Source: Hamiltosporidium tvaerminnensis FI-OER-3-3 (Eukaryota > Fungi > Microsporidia). Taken from it: DNA of 64,000 nt. The DNA lies in the NCBI GenBank assembly GCA_022605425.2, contig JAKIMF020000004.1, positions 682,001 through 746,000 of the forward strand, read 5' to 3'. A model generated the notes under the pieces. That model ran no database searches. It saw nothing but the letters and a program-made list of their open reading frames with translations, and was not told the DNA's origin. A program made the position numbers and the translations under genes. Shown here one piece after another: positions 41,401-52,899 of the stretch. Positions within the stretch are counted from its first letter, which is position 1, and each line of letters starts with the position of its first letter.

Positions 41401-42395
41401 TCGATATAATCAATAATAATAAATCGTATATACAGTAATTGTTTAACTTTAAAACGATCTTTCATTTATATAGTGTAAAAATATAATGAACAAAGAATTC
41501 AACAACTTTTTTGCGATTATTTTTCTCGATTGTTCAAATGTAATATTTCCAAAGGTCACATTACATTCTACAAAACTGAACCATGGAATCAAAAGTAATA
41601 GAATTACAATAAAAAGTTATGTGTTTGTTAAAGGCATAACTTTATCTTATTTATTAGCCTACCGACATTTAAAATCATCTTTAATTTTATTGTAATTTTT
41701 GCTAAAGTTTAACTTTTCTCGCAATTGTTAAACAAATATTTATAGTTATATCGATAGTTCGAAAAAAACCATGATGACGTATATTTTTGAACATTTTTTT
41801 GATGCAGATTGTTTTTAGAGTTTATCAGACTTAAATATTGCATTATACAATATAGAAATTTTGGTCTCTGATTTTTGAAAAAAAAATTTATTCATCCCTT
41901 AGTCTTATGGGGTTTAAATCTAGATAGTAAATTTGCTTGTTGTATGCAAGATAAACTGCGTTTTTATGTAAAATTTAGTGTTGAAGATAACAGTATTAAA
42001 TTTTTTTTATAATTGTAAGTACTAAATCTTTAAAGCTACTTTCACTAATCCAGAGTTACAACAGATTAAAAGGATCAAATGGTAAGATTTGCTTTGTTCA
42101 TCCTCGACACGGAAAGTAAAAGAGGAATAGAATAACTAAGTAAGTATGGTTTTATCTATGATGTAAATGTATAAAAGGCTTTTTGATTTCAATAAGTATT
42201 CATAATGAAACTATATCTTCGATTTAGACATTTTAAGTAAATAATATCTAAAAATATATCATTTTATAAGCGTAATTTTATTTGAAATGGAGTCTTGCCT
42301 TTTAATAGAATCATGATATATTTAATTAAACCCACTAAAATATTGTTTTTGTTATACTGTACAATATCTAAGTTGATTTTTTATATGTATTGTTT

Positions 42396-42525
42396 CCCCA
42401 CCATGCGAAGGACAGAATTGGCTTGGAGTATTCTCTGCCTTTCGTAAGAGGCGACTAAAATGGACTGGTCTTTCATTTTGGGCGTTGTGCTAACACCACT
42501 TTTAAAACCGTCTTGTTACGAAACC
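42396..42525 (+). mobile_element. Relic resembling the structured 5' UTR of RTE-clade non-LTR elements
   Basis: GC island containing GAGTATTCTCTGCCTTTCGTAAGAGGCGACTAAAA, then GGGCGTTGTGCTAACA and TTGTTACGAAAC. I recall this motif order from invertebrate RTE leaders but have not verified it by search. Confidence 0.45.
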
Positions 42526-44699
42526 TGAAAACGTTAAGCAAACCCACTGGAAAAAGACTATTTTGGTGTATTATAGAAAGAAAACGAGACACGTTTAGAC
42601 TGTAGTGTCGAGGATGAATAAATAAGGAGATCCAATAACTTATGATTATTTAGTAGAATACTACTGTTCAATATGTGAAAAGGGCCCACAATAATATAAC
42701 CTTTACAATTTCTTATTGTTGATTACATACTCATACAAAAATAATTTTTAAAAAAAAGAAATTGAAACTTTAAATTTTATTTTTATAGCTATATTGAGTG
42801 TAGAAATTTTGTTTTTGTTGTCTAAAACGAAATATAAAAGCATAAATTAGAAGTGTTTTTTAAAAATATATCGTGAACCCGGTTTAAAATTAAAACCCAT
42901 CGAAATATACTAATTTGGCTTCAAAGTTTCATAAATACAAGTAACTTGGTGTTATTTACGTTTATTTTGGCCCTCAAATTCTGCATCTATTTTGGGGTAT
43001 CAAATCATAATTTTAATTATTTTTTATTTTATGGTTTTAAGGCCATTTAATCAGTCGAAAACGAAGAATTTTTTATAAAATAGTTAATTTTAACAAAACT
43101 TCAAAGTTTTATTTTTTACATTTTAATCGTGTAAATTTTCGTAATATTTTCTAAAATTTAAAATGCGAAAATCTTAGCAATAAATATAGCTGATCGGCTT
43201 GTTAAATTTAGTTCTATTTGCGATTTCGCCAAAAAAAGCAATAACAATAATGTATTTAAAGTAAATAAATATTCCTTATTTAAATTTTAACTAAAGTTTT
43301 AGCTAAATTTCTTTAATTATTCAAAGTAGCATCTTTTTAAAAATAAAATGCCTTATATTATTTCTAATATATTACTAATGTTTCGAATCTAAAATTAATA
43401 ACTGTTTCTTCAATACACCATCGGTATCTTCTGTGATAGCTACATTCCAAGCTTTTTCCACTTAATGAGGGTATATTAAGTTTAATATGATGGTAAGCTG
43501 CTAGAAGTTGTTTAATGTTCGTTCATATCTGAGCTTTCATATCAACCTTATTTTCGGCCCTCCTTTCTTTACCAGGCGCATTCAAACTTGCGCTGCCAAA
43601 TTTAAAAGAAGAAACTTCCTGTTAATTTATATCTCAAGGATTCGCATCGAGGCAGCCTAAACGCCGCCATCTTATAGCATAGAGTACATCCAACGACTTG
43701 CAATTCTGGGTTATTAAATTTGGTTTTTTTGTTTGTATTCTTTTAGGCACTAAGTTTTCCAGTTTGAAAGCAAGTCTTGATTTTCATGGTTTTAATAGCA
43801 ATCACCTACCATTATTAAAGTTATTTGCAATTTGCTACAAATTGGTGTATAAATTAGAATTGTACAAAAGGTTTTATAACTTTTTAGATCTTTTATTTCT
43901 ATACTAAACTTTATGAAACAATCAAAATTCAAAACGATGATTCTAAAAATCGATTCGTCAAATCCTATCAAGAAGATGGGTATACAAATGTTTAACTTTT
44001 TTAGACCAAAACGACGATGCTATAATCTCAAACCATAATTTCATGGAATCAGGACTTAGATTATATATAAATTTTTTAAATAAGTCATTGGAATCATTTA
44101 AAAATACCAAAAGCCTACCATTGTTATTCATGCAGATTAAAATATCTTCAATACCTAAATCGACTATATAAAAACAAAGTATATATTTTACTTAAAATCT
44201 TTTTTAAAATGTTGTAAAGTTATATTTTGCCTAATATGAGATTTATATTATGAAAAAATTCAAAAAACATTAAAAAGATTGATTTGGCAGCGTAGAGTAT
44301 AGAGTATCAGGCGTTTATAAGCAAGACTCTTGGTTGGGAATTGTGTCCTTTTAGAAATATATATTTTTCCATGCAGAACTACAGTGTTTATATACTAATT
44401 AATACAATGGATTTGTATTATATATTAAAAAGATTTTATGATTAAGATTTTCATTGTAATGTTTTTAAACATAATTTAAATAAAATGACTATATAGGTTA
44501 AGTATGCATTTGAAAGATTTTAAAGAATAGACCGTTTGGGATTTAAAAATAATTTAGAAGCAAATACGCGAATCTGACTCTGTATATCTTACACAAGACA
44601 TGGAATTGAACGGGATTTTATCGAATATTTTTATTTAGAGTAAATAATATTATTCTAGAAATAGTGCAGAAATCTTAGTAAAAATTACTTACAAACTTT

Positions 44700-44910
44700 T
44701 TCAAGTCCTATTTTAACTCTTCGTGTCGAGTATTAACAAATGAAAAACTTCTATTTGTTTCTTTTAATATGTTGTAACTCAGATCATGGGGAATCGGCAT
44801 ATAGATCTAATCTGGTTTATATCCTAGCACAATGGCAGCAATGATTTTCACACGAATTATATGCGCATCGTCAAGCAGATGGTTTTTAATGCGGTTCGCC
44901 TCCTTCCACC
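44700..44910 (-). repeat. Structured element family, type B (5' domain only), copy 1
   Basis: The reverse complement reads GGTGGAAGGAGGCGAACCGCATTAAAAACCATCTGCTTGACGATG...TATGCCGATTCCCC...GAGTTAC...ATTAAAAG...TTTGTT...TCGA...GAGTTAAAA. It is collinear with 49683-49894 and 57847-58058. Confidence 0.75.
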
Positions 44911-45951
44911 TCCTACTAAAAATATGAAAGGAAAATTTTTTTCACGAAAACCAAAAATGTAATGATTTAGGTATTTGCCATGGATGATGTGTCTTACATC
45001 TGACAAGAAAATATAATGTAGCTTAATTTAAGATTTATACCGTCATTTTTATATTTTGAAGTCTCTAAATCGTATTTAAACTAAATAGGTTCATATTTTA
45101 TATGTTATTTACAACAGGAACCATTCGAAGAAAAAGAAAAAAAACTTTTTATTTAATATAAAGCGTGCAAGTGGCTGTAAAAAACTTTCTCGCTGAATAA
45201 TGGGTTGAAAAAAATTCTCGCTTTCAATTTTCTAACGAATCCTAACAAAGGTCTGTATAGTTGTAGATTGACATTCAAGGAGATAGAAGCAGATATCTTA
45301 AGTTCGGATTCCAAGAACGGTGTTTAATTTGTCTTAGCATGTGATTCTTACCAGGTCGGTTTTAAATTCGCTTTCAATAACTGATGAAAACCCGTAACTT
45401 CATATGATCAATTGCTTTGTTGGATCTTAAATTTTAACTCTAATTAAAACCTACAACCAAAGAAACTTCAATTGACAAAATGACGTCAGAGAGAATAGAA
45501 TAATGAAATAGAACTTAGAAAAATACTTTTACATTCTTCAACGGTATTCAAATGCTAGCTTAGTTTTTAAATTTAAGCATCAGATAACATACAACTATAA
45601 GGGTTCTTAGACTTTTAGTTCGGATGAACATTATATGTGTTTCATCCTGCTAATAATTTAAAATGATGGAATTTAGAAGAGGTATATGATTATTGGGTTT
45701 GCCTTTTAATCTAACGTTCAACTTATCCCCCTCTATTTTTATCTTAAGGAATTTCTGTCAATTCCTATTATAGATTAATTTTGACCGGGTCACTGAATAA
45801 ATATTAATGTCATTTTAAAGATTAATGTAACTTAAGATCATTTTCTAACTTAAAAAATCATTTTGGTTTGTAACTATACCAGATTGTTTTAGAAGTCAAA
45901 AATTTAATTCTAGCTGTCGTTAATAATATTTCTGTTTTTTACTATGAAAAG

Positions 45952-46082
45952 GTGGAGGGGGGAAAACCAAAAAAAAAATTTTTTTTTTAAAAATAAGTGA
46001 AAAAAATTTTAAAAAAATTTTTTTAATTTTTGTGGGAAAAAAAAAACAAAACAACTTCTTTTTTATTGGAGATGTTATGAGG

Positions 46083-46114
<32 letters not shown>

Positions 46115-46135
46115 AAAAAAAAATTTTATAAAAAA

Positions 46136-46204
<69 letters not shown>

Positions 46205-46206
46205 AA

Positions 46207-46255
<49 letters not shown>

Positions 46256-46663
46256 CATTAAAAGCCGGGGGTAGGAGCAGGTTATACCTGTTGGTTGACA
46301 TTGCACTGTCTAGGTGGACCCCATGTAAATCTCTGAAATATATCTTAGCTAGAAGTTTATTGGGTTCAGAAAGTGTAGAGTAAGTGGGAATGCTGCATAG
46401 TCTTGGGGTAGCCCAGGGTGGGCTTCGGCCTTCGATCACACTCCATGCAACGGACATTAACGAACTCCGGGCAACTGCCTCGCCTATTAATTAGGTTCTA
46501 CACACCTGGTAGATGAAAGGCTTTGGGACGTAGGTATCGCAGGGGTTACCGATGGAGTGTTGGGGTAGCAGTCATTTATGTTAAACCTAGAACTGCGTTA
46601 ATGTCATGAAAACAAATATAACACTTGCCACTATTGTAAAAAGATGTGATATTTTTAAATAAA
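45952..46663 (+). repeat. Structured element type A copy 2 (5' ~300 nt overwritten by homopolymers)
   Basis: 46254-46663 is near-identical to 5665-6078. 45952-46253 keeps islands of the head (GTGGAGGG, TTTTTGTGGGAA, TGTTATGAGGA) in the expected order. Confidence 0.88.
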
Positions 46664-48329
46664 GTATTACTATGAAAAAAAATGTATTATTTATCTGCTT
46701 TTAAGAAAACCGAATTTAAACATGACAATTTACGCTTTGGGAAGACACAAGATCAAACATAAAATGCTTAAAATTGGCTTGAAGAAACGGTGTCACTATT
46801 TAATAAATTCAATTGAAGAATACCAAGGCACTACATATCTGAAAATATTTTTGAAAAAGTCAATAAGTTGTTTAAAAACTCAAATTTAAAGGTAAAGTTA
46901 AAGATTTTTTGAGATAATTCTGCAATCACGCAAGCTCCATCTACCTAACTTGGCAGAATGGCTTAATTAAAAAGCAATCCACTCGTAAAGCAAGAGATAT
47001 CCTACTTTTGATAGGGTTTTGAAGTTCAAAAGTCAAATTTAGCAACTGGTATGAATAAAAATCTGGAAATGTATTGAAAAAATTAAAGTTACAATCTTGA
47101 TTAAAGATTTAAGTTTTGAATCTAAGGGCGCAGCTTAATCTCAATTACAAAACCAAGGATCAGTTCGCCACAGCTAATAAATATAGTAAAACTACCTACA
47201 ACTGCTTTTTTTTATTGAATAATATCCTAATCATTTATTTCTAAAAACAAGGACATTGGTATTTCAGGACTTTATGGTTGAATTTAACACATATTTCGAT
47301 TAAAAAAAGATTTTTTCTAATCTTCGCAAAAAATACACCGATAATTCTTCCTAAATTAAAAAAATCTTTTGGTTGTAGACAAGATGCTTTTGTTTTATAG
47401 CATCAATAGGGAATAACTTTTTATGTGTAATAAGAGTTTCAATTTTCGAGATTTTTTTTATCATGACTCAGTTCATTTTTTTGTAGATTTAGGTTCTCAA
47501 TATTGTTAGAAATTTGCCTCGCGTACCTGATTTCTTTTCGATTTATATTTTCCTTGTAAAAATATTCTTATTCATGGATTTAACATGTCTTAATCGAGAT
47601 GGATCGTATCTTTACGTTTTAGTACGACAATAACCAAATGCATATGAAAGACTCGACGGTTTTTTTCATGCTTTATCTTGTTAAAATTAATATTAAAAAT
47701 TGTTAAATTAATATATGCTTTTTTATGTTCTTTATTCATTTATTATTACATTATAATTATTATTCTTATTCGTTGACGGGGAATACTGATATTTAAATTA
47801 TTTAATATTTTCGAATTATATCGGTTGCTTTTCCGATAAATGATTCAATCTTCTAATTCCCAAACATTTTATTCAATTTTTGCTTCCTTCGATGATTTGA
47901 CTCTTTTTTCGCAATTCTTAAACTATTATGAAATATTTTCTCTGGTGTGTCTTCGCTTCTTGTGACATGAAATCAACCTCATTAAAAAACCCTTGCAAAT
48001 TTACAGATTTTTTGCCTGAGAAGAAGTTTATTATAAAGTTGGCTACCTTATATTGAATTTTACGAAGGGAATATTATTTAGAATATATGAGAGCGATTTT
48101 TTTCGATCATATACAAATTTTTAATTATGTTTTTTTTAACCCACCTAAGGTTTCATTTTAGTTATAATTCGCGCCATCTCAATAGTCGTATAATTTTTTC
48201 TGAGACATAATCTGTAGGAGTGTTATTAGATTTATTTCGATTTAGACTATCGTCTTCTTACTTTGTGCAAATAAAAAAACCTTTGTATTTTATTATAACC
48301 GTGGATTTATTCATTAAGCTTTCTATATA

Positions 48330-48725
48330 TTTATTTAAGTATTTTGAATACTGGGGTTATATTTGTTTTATGAATTAACGGTTGGTTTACATAATACTGC
48401 TCCCCGAACCCACGTACCCCTGGATCTGTCAGCTTTTCCGGGTGTGAACCTTCTAGGGGGGGTGCGTTTTTATGTCCGTTGATGGTGTGTGATGGAGCCC
48501 CTGCCCCACTTGGCACCCATTTACTTACATTTTTGACCCCTACTCTGGCTAGATATATTTGCTTGGTCTGGGATGTACGGTACCGTGCCCCGTTTATTGG
48601 TTTTATTTATATCTGGGTTGGGGCATATGTTTTGGCTGGGGTGGACGTGTAAACATATTTGTTAGCCATTTGCCCTTCACTCGCTGGACACCGATGGGTT
48701 GTCCCATCCACTATCGCACGGTTTT
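48330..48725 (-). repeat. Structured element family, type C: compact, divergent version of the 3' domain
   Basis: The reverse complement contains, in order, AGATATAAATAAAACCAATAAA, AAATATATCTAGC, GTAAATGGG, ATCACAC, CAACGGACAT, AGGTTC, CAGGGGT, GGGGAGCAG, CGTTAAT, AAAACAAATATAAC and TTAAATAAA. All of these match type A blocks. Confidence 0.85.
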
Positions 48726-49682
48726 GGGATTCTAATATAAACGTTATATATTTTTTTAATCTTTCTTTCCTGGTTTAGCATGATATTTTCTAATAATATC
48801 TTCTACTTACAAGTTTTAACTTCAAGCTATTATATATGATAAATATTATGATCGAATAAGAAGCACTAATTCTATATATTAGAGCTATTTTGCTTTACCT
48901 GTTGCTTTGAAAGAAATGAAAAAAGTCTGATTTTTCAAGGATAAACAAGTATACCTCTTTGATCAGTTTTTTCTTTTTATAATTCGTTAGCTTGGTTTAC
49001 ATAAATATTTCATTTTTACCGATATTCCGAATAGTAAAGATCAATTTTGGTTTCGAATTATTTAGGCCTTAGTTCATTATACTCATAGCTTTATTTCGGT
49101 TTACAGTTTGCTACCTTTTCAATGCCTTTTATTAGCTTTCACTTTAAATTACCTTTTAGATTCAAAAATCACTCAAACTTTTCTTCTAAAATTGCATCTA
49201 AGTCCTTATAATAACCTTGATGTAGTAAATATAACTTTAATTATATTAGTTACTTACTCGATGGTTTTACGCCCAATTAAGTATTTTAGCCTCTTTTACT
49301 ATTAACTCTCATCTTTCACGATCAAGCAACAATCTTTTCCTTTCGTTTAATTATATTTTTGCTTTGAATATTTTAGTAAATATTAAAATTTTGGTTTTTA
49401 TTCTTTATAAAAGATTTTACGAGATCTTAAACGAATAGGTTACATTTAAATATTTTCTTCTGATAAACACCTTCCAAGATATATTGCAACTGATCATTTA
49501 AAAAATAAGTTTCAAATTATAGTTTTTTTGTAATTTAAAAAATTTGAAATATAGATTTACATATTTAAAAAAATTGAAATTTTTTGGGAAAATAAAAACA
49601 AATTTAATTTATCTATTTCATTGCTAAAAATAATAATTTCTAAAGTTTAAGAAAATATTTCTTTGAAGCCTTTTCTTACTTA

Positions 49683-49894
49683 CTTATTCCATTCCCCTTT
49701 TAGATCTCGGTTTCGAAGAGGAACAACTAGAGGTTTTCCGTTTCTTATTTTAATCTGTCGTAACTCGGGATTACAGGGATCGGCCTATAATTTCCGTGTA
49801 GTTTTTATCCCACCACAATATCAGCAATAATGTTTCATATTCTAAATACTCATTACCAAGCAGATGGTTTTTGATGCGGTTATCATCTTTCTTC
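49683..49894 (-). repeat. Structured element family, type B copy 2
   Basis: The reverse complement reads GATAACCGCATCAAAAACCATCTGCTTGGTAATGAGT...TTATTGCTGATATTGTGGTGGGATAAAAACTACAC...TAGGCCGATCCC...GTTGTTCC...GAGATCTAAAAG...GAATAAG. Confidence 0.82.
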
Positions 49895-50249
49895 TATTGA
49901 AATATTTTATCTGTAGATTTCTGGAATTAGCTACTGAACTAATATTTTAATATAATTTAATAAAAGTTTAATAACTGCCTGTAATAATCATTACTTATAA
50001 TACCAGAAAAAAACATGAATACAGTACGAAAGAAAAGATATTAAAATAAATATATATCTATAGTAACTAAAAAGTATATTACATTTATCTGTGGAATTTA
50101 AAATTGATTAATCAACTCATTAGGTTTGTAATAAAATTTATAGTTTTGTATTATGCTTTCCCATATTTTTTCTTGCTTTGATTTTTTTTTGTTAGTTTCT
50201 TATTTTCTTATTTTCATATTCTCTTATTTTATTTTCCATTTTTTTGCTT

Positions 50250-50974
50250 GAGGGAAGATACTAACATAAAAAACTTTCTGCTTGGCAATGAGTAGGCGAT
50301 ATTGATATATGGATTCCTTGTTTGGATTTTTGGTGGGAATCAAACCACATTATATCTTTGGTTTTCCATGCGAGTTTGTATGAGGAGGAGAGGTCTAAGA
50401 AATTGAGAAATTTTTTCTACGATTTATTTGTAGTTTTTTATGTAACCAGATTGCAGACCGCAGAAGAAAATCTAGGTAATTGCCATGTAAAAACATGGAA
50501 ACCTAGCCTTGCTCACTCGGGTTAGAAGACTTAGCGCCTAGGAGATATAAAAATAAAAACAAAACCATTAAAAGCCAGGAGAGCTAAGTAGCAGATTATA
50601 CCGGTTGGTATGAAATTGCACTGTCTAGGTGGACCCCATATAAGTCTCTGAAATATATCTTAGCTAGAAGTTCATGTGATTAGAAAGTGTGGAGTAAGTG
50701 GGAATGCTGCATGGTTTTAAGTGAACCCAAGGGGGGCTTCGGCTTTCGATGATACTTCACGCAACAGACATTAACGAAATCCGGGCAACTGCCTCGCCTA
50801 TTAATTAGGTTCTACACACCTGGCAGATGAAAGACTTTGAGACGTGGTATCGCAGGGGTACTGTTAGAGTGTTGGGCTAGCAATTATTTATGTTAAACCT
50901 AGAACTGAGTTAATCTCATAAAAACAAATATAACACTTGCCACTGTTCTAAAGGATCTGATATTTTCAAATAAA
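50250..50974 (+). repeat. Structured element type A copy 3 (most diverged A copy)
   Basis: Full-length collinear match to 5351-6078, ending CAAATAAA. Confidence 0.9.
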
Positions 50975-51185
50975 GATTTTCAATTTTTTTTAATTATCTT
51001 TCTTCAATTCCAACATTTTTTATTTTCATTTCTTACTTCTAATATTAAAATTCCTAGCTTCTAATTTCAATATTTCTTAATTCCAATATATTTTAATTTC
51101 AATATTTTTTAATTTCAATATTTTTAATGTCCCATCTTCTTTCTAAATATTTTTTTATTTCTTAAATTAAATTAGACCTTTAAAA

Positions 51186-51611
51186 ATGACACTTACTAAA
51201 GATACTCGCTTTAAAGACCTTTCTGAAGATATAAAATTACGTCTTTCTTCAATCTACCAACACTCAAGAACTAGACCAGTATTTAGGCCAATTCCAGATG
51301 TATTAGAAGCTTCTTCTGACCTAATGATTTCAATCTCTTCTCTTCCAACCAAACAACTAACAGAAAATTACATGAAACTTTCAGTAGCAGCCAACAGACT
51401 CAAAGATGATGAAAACAATACTTTTTGCCCAAAATCTCTAAAAAATAATCTAAAAAAACAAATTGATTGTCTCCAAAGAGATATTTTTATGTTTACAGAA
51501 TTTATGCACGAAAAAAATTTTATTTCTTTTTTACAGGATATTTATATGAGAATAGCAGGTAAATATATTTGTACAAGAAATATGTTTATAAAGAAAAACT
51601 TTTTAAAATAA
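51186..51611 (+). CDS. Conserved-looking 141 aa protein, possibly a reduced Nup49/Nup58-like nucleoporin lacking FG repeats
   Basis: ATG start after a T-rich leader, helical/coiled-coil composition and convergent with glyoxalase II. The N-terminal TKDTRFKDLSEDIK resembles the TRFxDLxExxQ motif that starts the Nup49/Nup58 coiled region. The product call is tentative. Confidence 0.55.
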   Translation: MTLTKDTRFKDLSEDIKLRLSSIYQHSRTRPVFRPIPDVLEASSDLMISISSLPTKQLTENYMKLSVAANRLKDDENNTFCPKSLKNNLKKQIDCLQRDIFMFTEFMHEKNFISFLQDIYMRIAGKYICTRNMFIKKNFLK

Positions 51612-51887
51612 AATTATAATTCTATTAAGAATTTGAAATGCTTTCCTTGTTTCATCCTGTATTTTTATATTTAAAAGTTACTTAAATATTTAATTATTAA
51701 ATTGAGAATTTGAATGGATTTCATTTTTATGGTTTGATATATTTTTTAAAAGTTACTAAAATATTTAATTATTCTTGTTTTTTATATCTTTGATTTATAG
51801 ACAAAAATATATGAAAACAACTATTCTATTAAAAATAGAAATATTTATAAATGAATTAAAAAATAGAAACACTTTAAAAACATTTAT

Positions 51888-52649
51888 TTACTTGTTCTGC
51901 TCTCTGTTGAATTCATCTTTCATTTTTCTAAGATAAATCATTTTATCAACCTTTGTTCCTTTGGGAAGACATTTGGAAAGATTTAAAAATGGATTGAATT
52001 CAATTTCTTCTTTAAGTGTTAAAAATGTTTTGTTTTGGATATTTTCAGGAACTTTTTTAAAAACCTTTTCTGTAAATTTGACATTCGTTTTGTTATAATT
52101 ATGTCCGTATAAAAATAAAGTGTCTGGTTTTACTGTTTCAACAATTCTGTCCAAACTTGTGACCATTTTTTCTGGGTTCTCTGTAAATATTTTTCCACAG
52201 CCAAGGAAAAATATGGTGTCGCCTGTCAAAATATATGACAGGCCTGATATATCTTGAACATAAAAACATGCACTGTAAAAGGTGTGTCCTGGTGTGTCTA
52301 AACACGTAATTGTAGTACCCTCTGTCATAGAAACTGTTTCATTATCTTTGAATGTGTTTTTATACAGAGATTTGTGTATACTGCTTGGTATTTTGTTTTG
52401 TATGACATCATCACCAATGGCATGGTCAGGATGTTCGTGAGTAGTAAATGAATAAACTAATTTACGAGGTTTTGAAATGTTAGGTAAACTGGATATTTCA
52501 TCCTTATGATAAAATATTTTATCAAAACTTTTAGAAAGTGCATCTATAATATAAAGAGGTTCGGCTGGATCAACGCAGAAAGCTTCTTCATCGTTGTAGA
52601 ACAAATATGAAAAATTATCTGAAAATATATTTATTGCGACAAATTTCAT
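51888..52649 (-). CDS. Hydroxyacylglutathione hydrolase (glyoxalase II), metallo-beta-lactamase fold
   Basis: 253 aa ORF with DNFSYL, VDPAE, THEHPDH (THxHxDH), TPGHT, LTGDTIFFLGCG, GHNY, E..FNPFL and LRKMKDEF. Confidence 0.92.
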   Translation of the reverse strand: MKFVAINIFSDNFSYLFYNDEEAFCVDPAEPLYIIDALSKSFDKIFYHKDEISSLPNISKPRKLVYSFTTHEHPDHAIGDDVIQNKIPSSIHKSLYKNTFKDNETVSMTEGTTITCLDTPGHTFYSACFYVQDISGLSYILTGDTIFFLGCGKIFTENPEKMVTSLDRIVETVKPDTLFLYGHNYNKTNVKFTEKVFKKVPENIQNKTFLTLKEEIEFNPFLNLSKCLPKGTKVDKMIYLRKMKDEFNREQNK

Positions 52650-52680
52650 GCAGGGAGTAAAAATATTTTTTTAAAAATGA
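52650..52680 (-). promoter_or_regulatory. A/T tract plus CCC motif upstream of the glyoxalase II ATG
   Basis: The minus strand reads aaaaaaatatttttactCCCtgcATG (GGG at 52653-52655 on +). Confidence 0.55.
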
Positions 52681-52899
52681 AAAATTTTAAGGAGAAATGA
52701 TTTTCTTACGGATTGGACCAATAATAAATTTAATTTTTAAAAAAATGAAAAATGTATTTAAAAGTGGGATTTCAATGGAAATATTTATGTTTTAATAGCT
52801 AGGGAAGTTGGGTACATGGGATAATAATTAGAGAGAAATAAATTTATTATTACAAAATATTTATTTTCATTTTCTTTGTTATTTATTAGAATTTGTAAT

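Noticed and set aside
43400-43710. GC-elevated patch, possibly a transposase fragment
   Set aside because: No diagnostic motif could be read in any frame.
14286-43907. Numerous 60-90 aa F/I/L/K-rich ORFs in the ORF track
   Set aside because: Their length and composition are as expected by chance in AT-rich DNA, and many have TTG/GTG starts. The exception is 31867-32076, which is part of the integrase fossil.
45920-46457. Poly-Phe ORFs (128 aa and 114 aa)
   Set aside because: They are translations of the homopolymer tract on the minus strand, which is probably an artefact.
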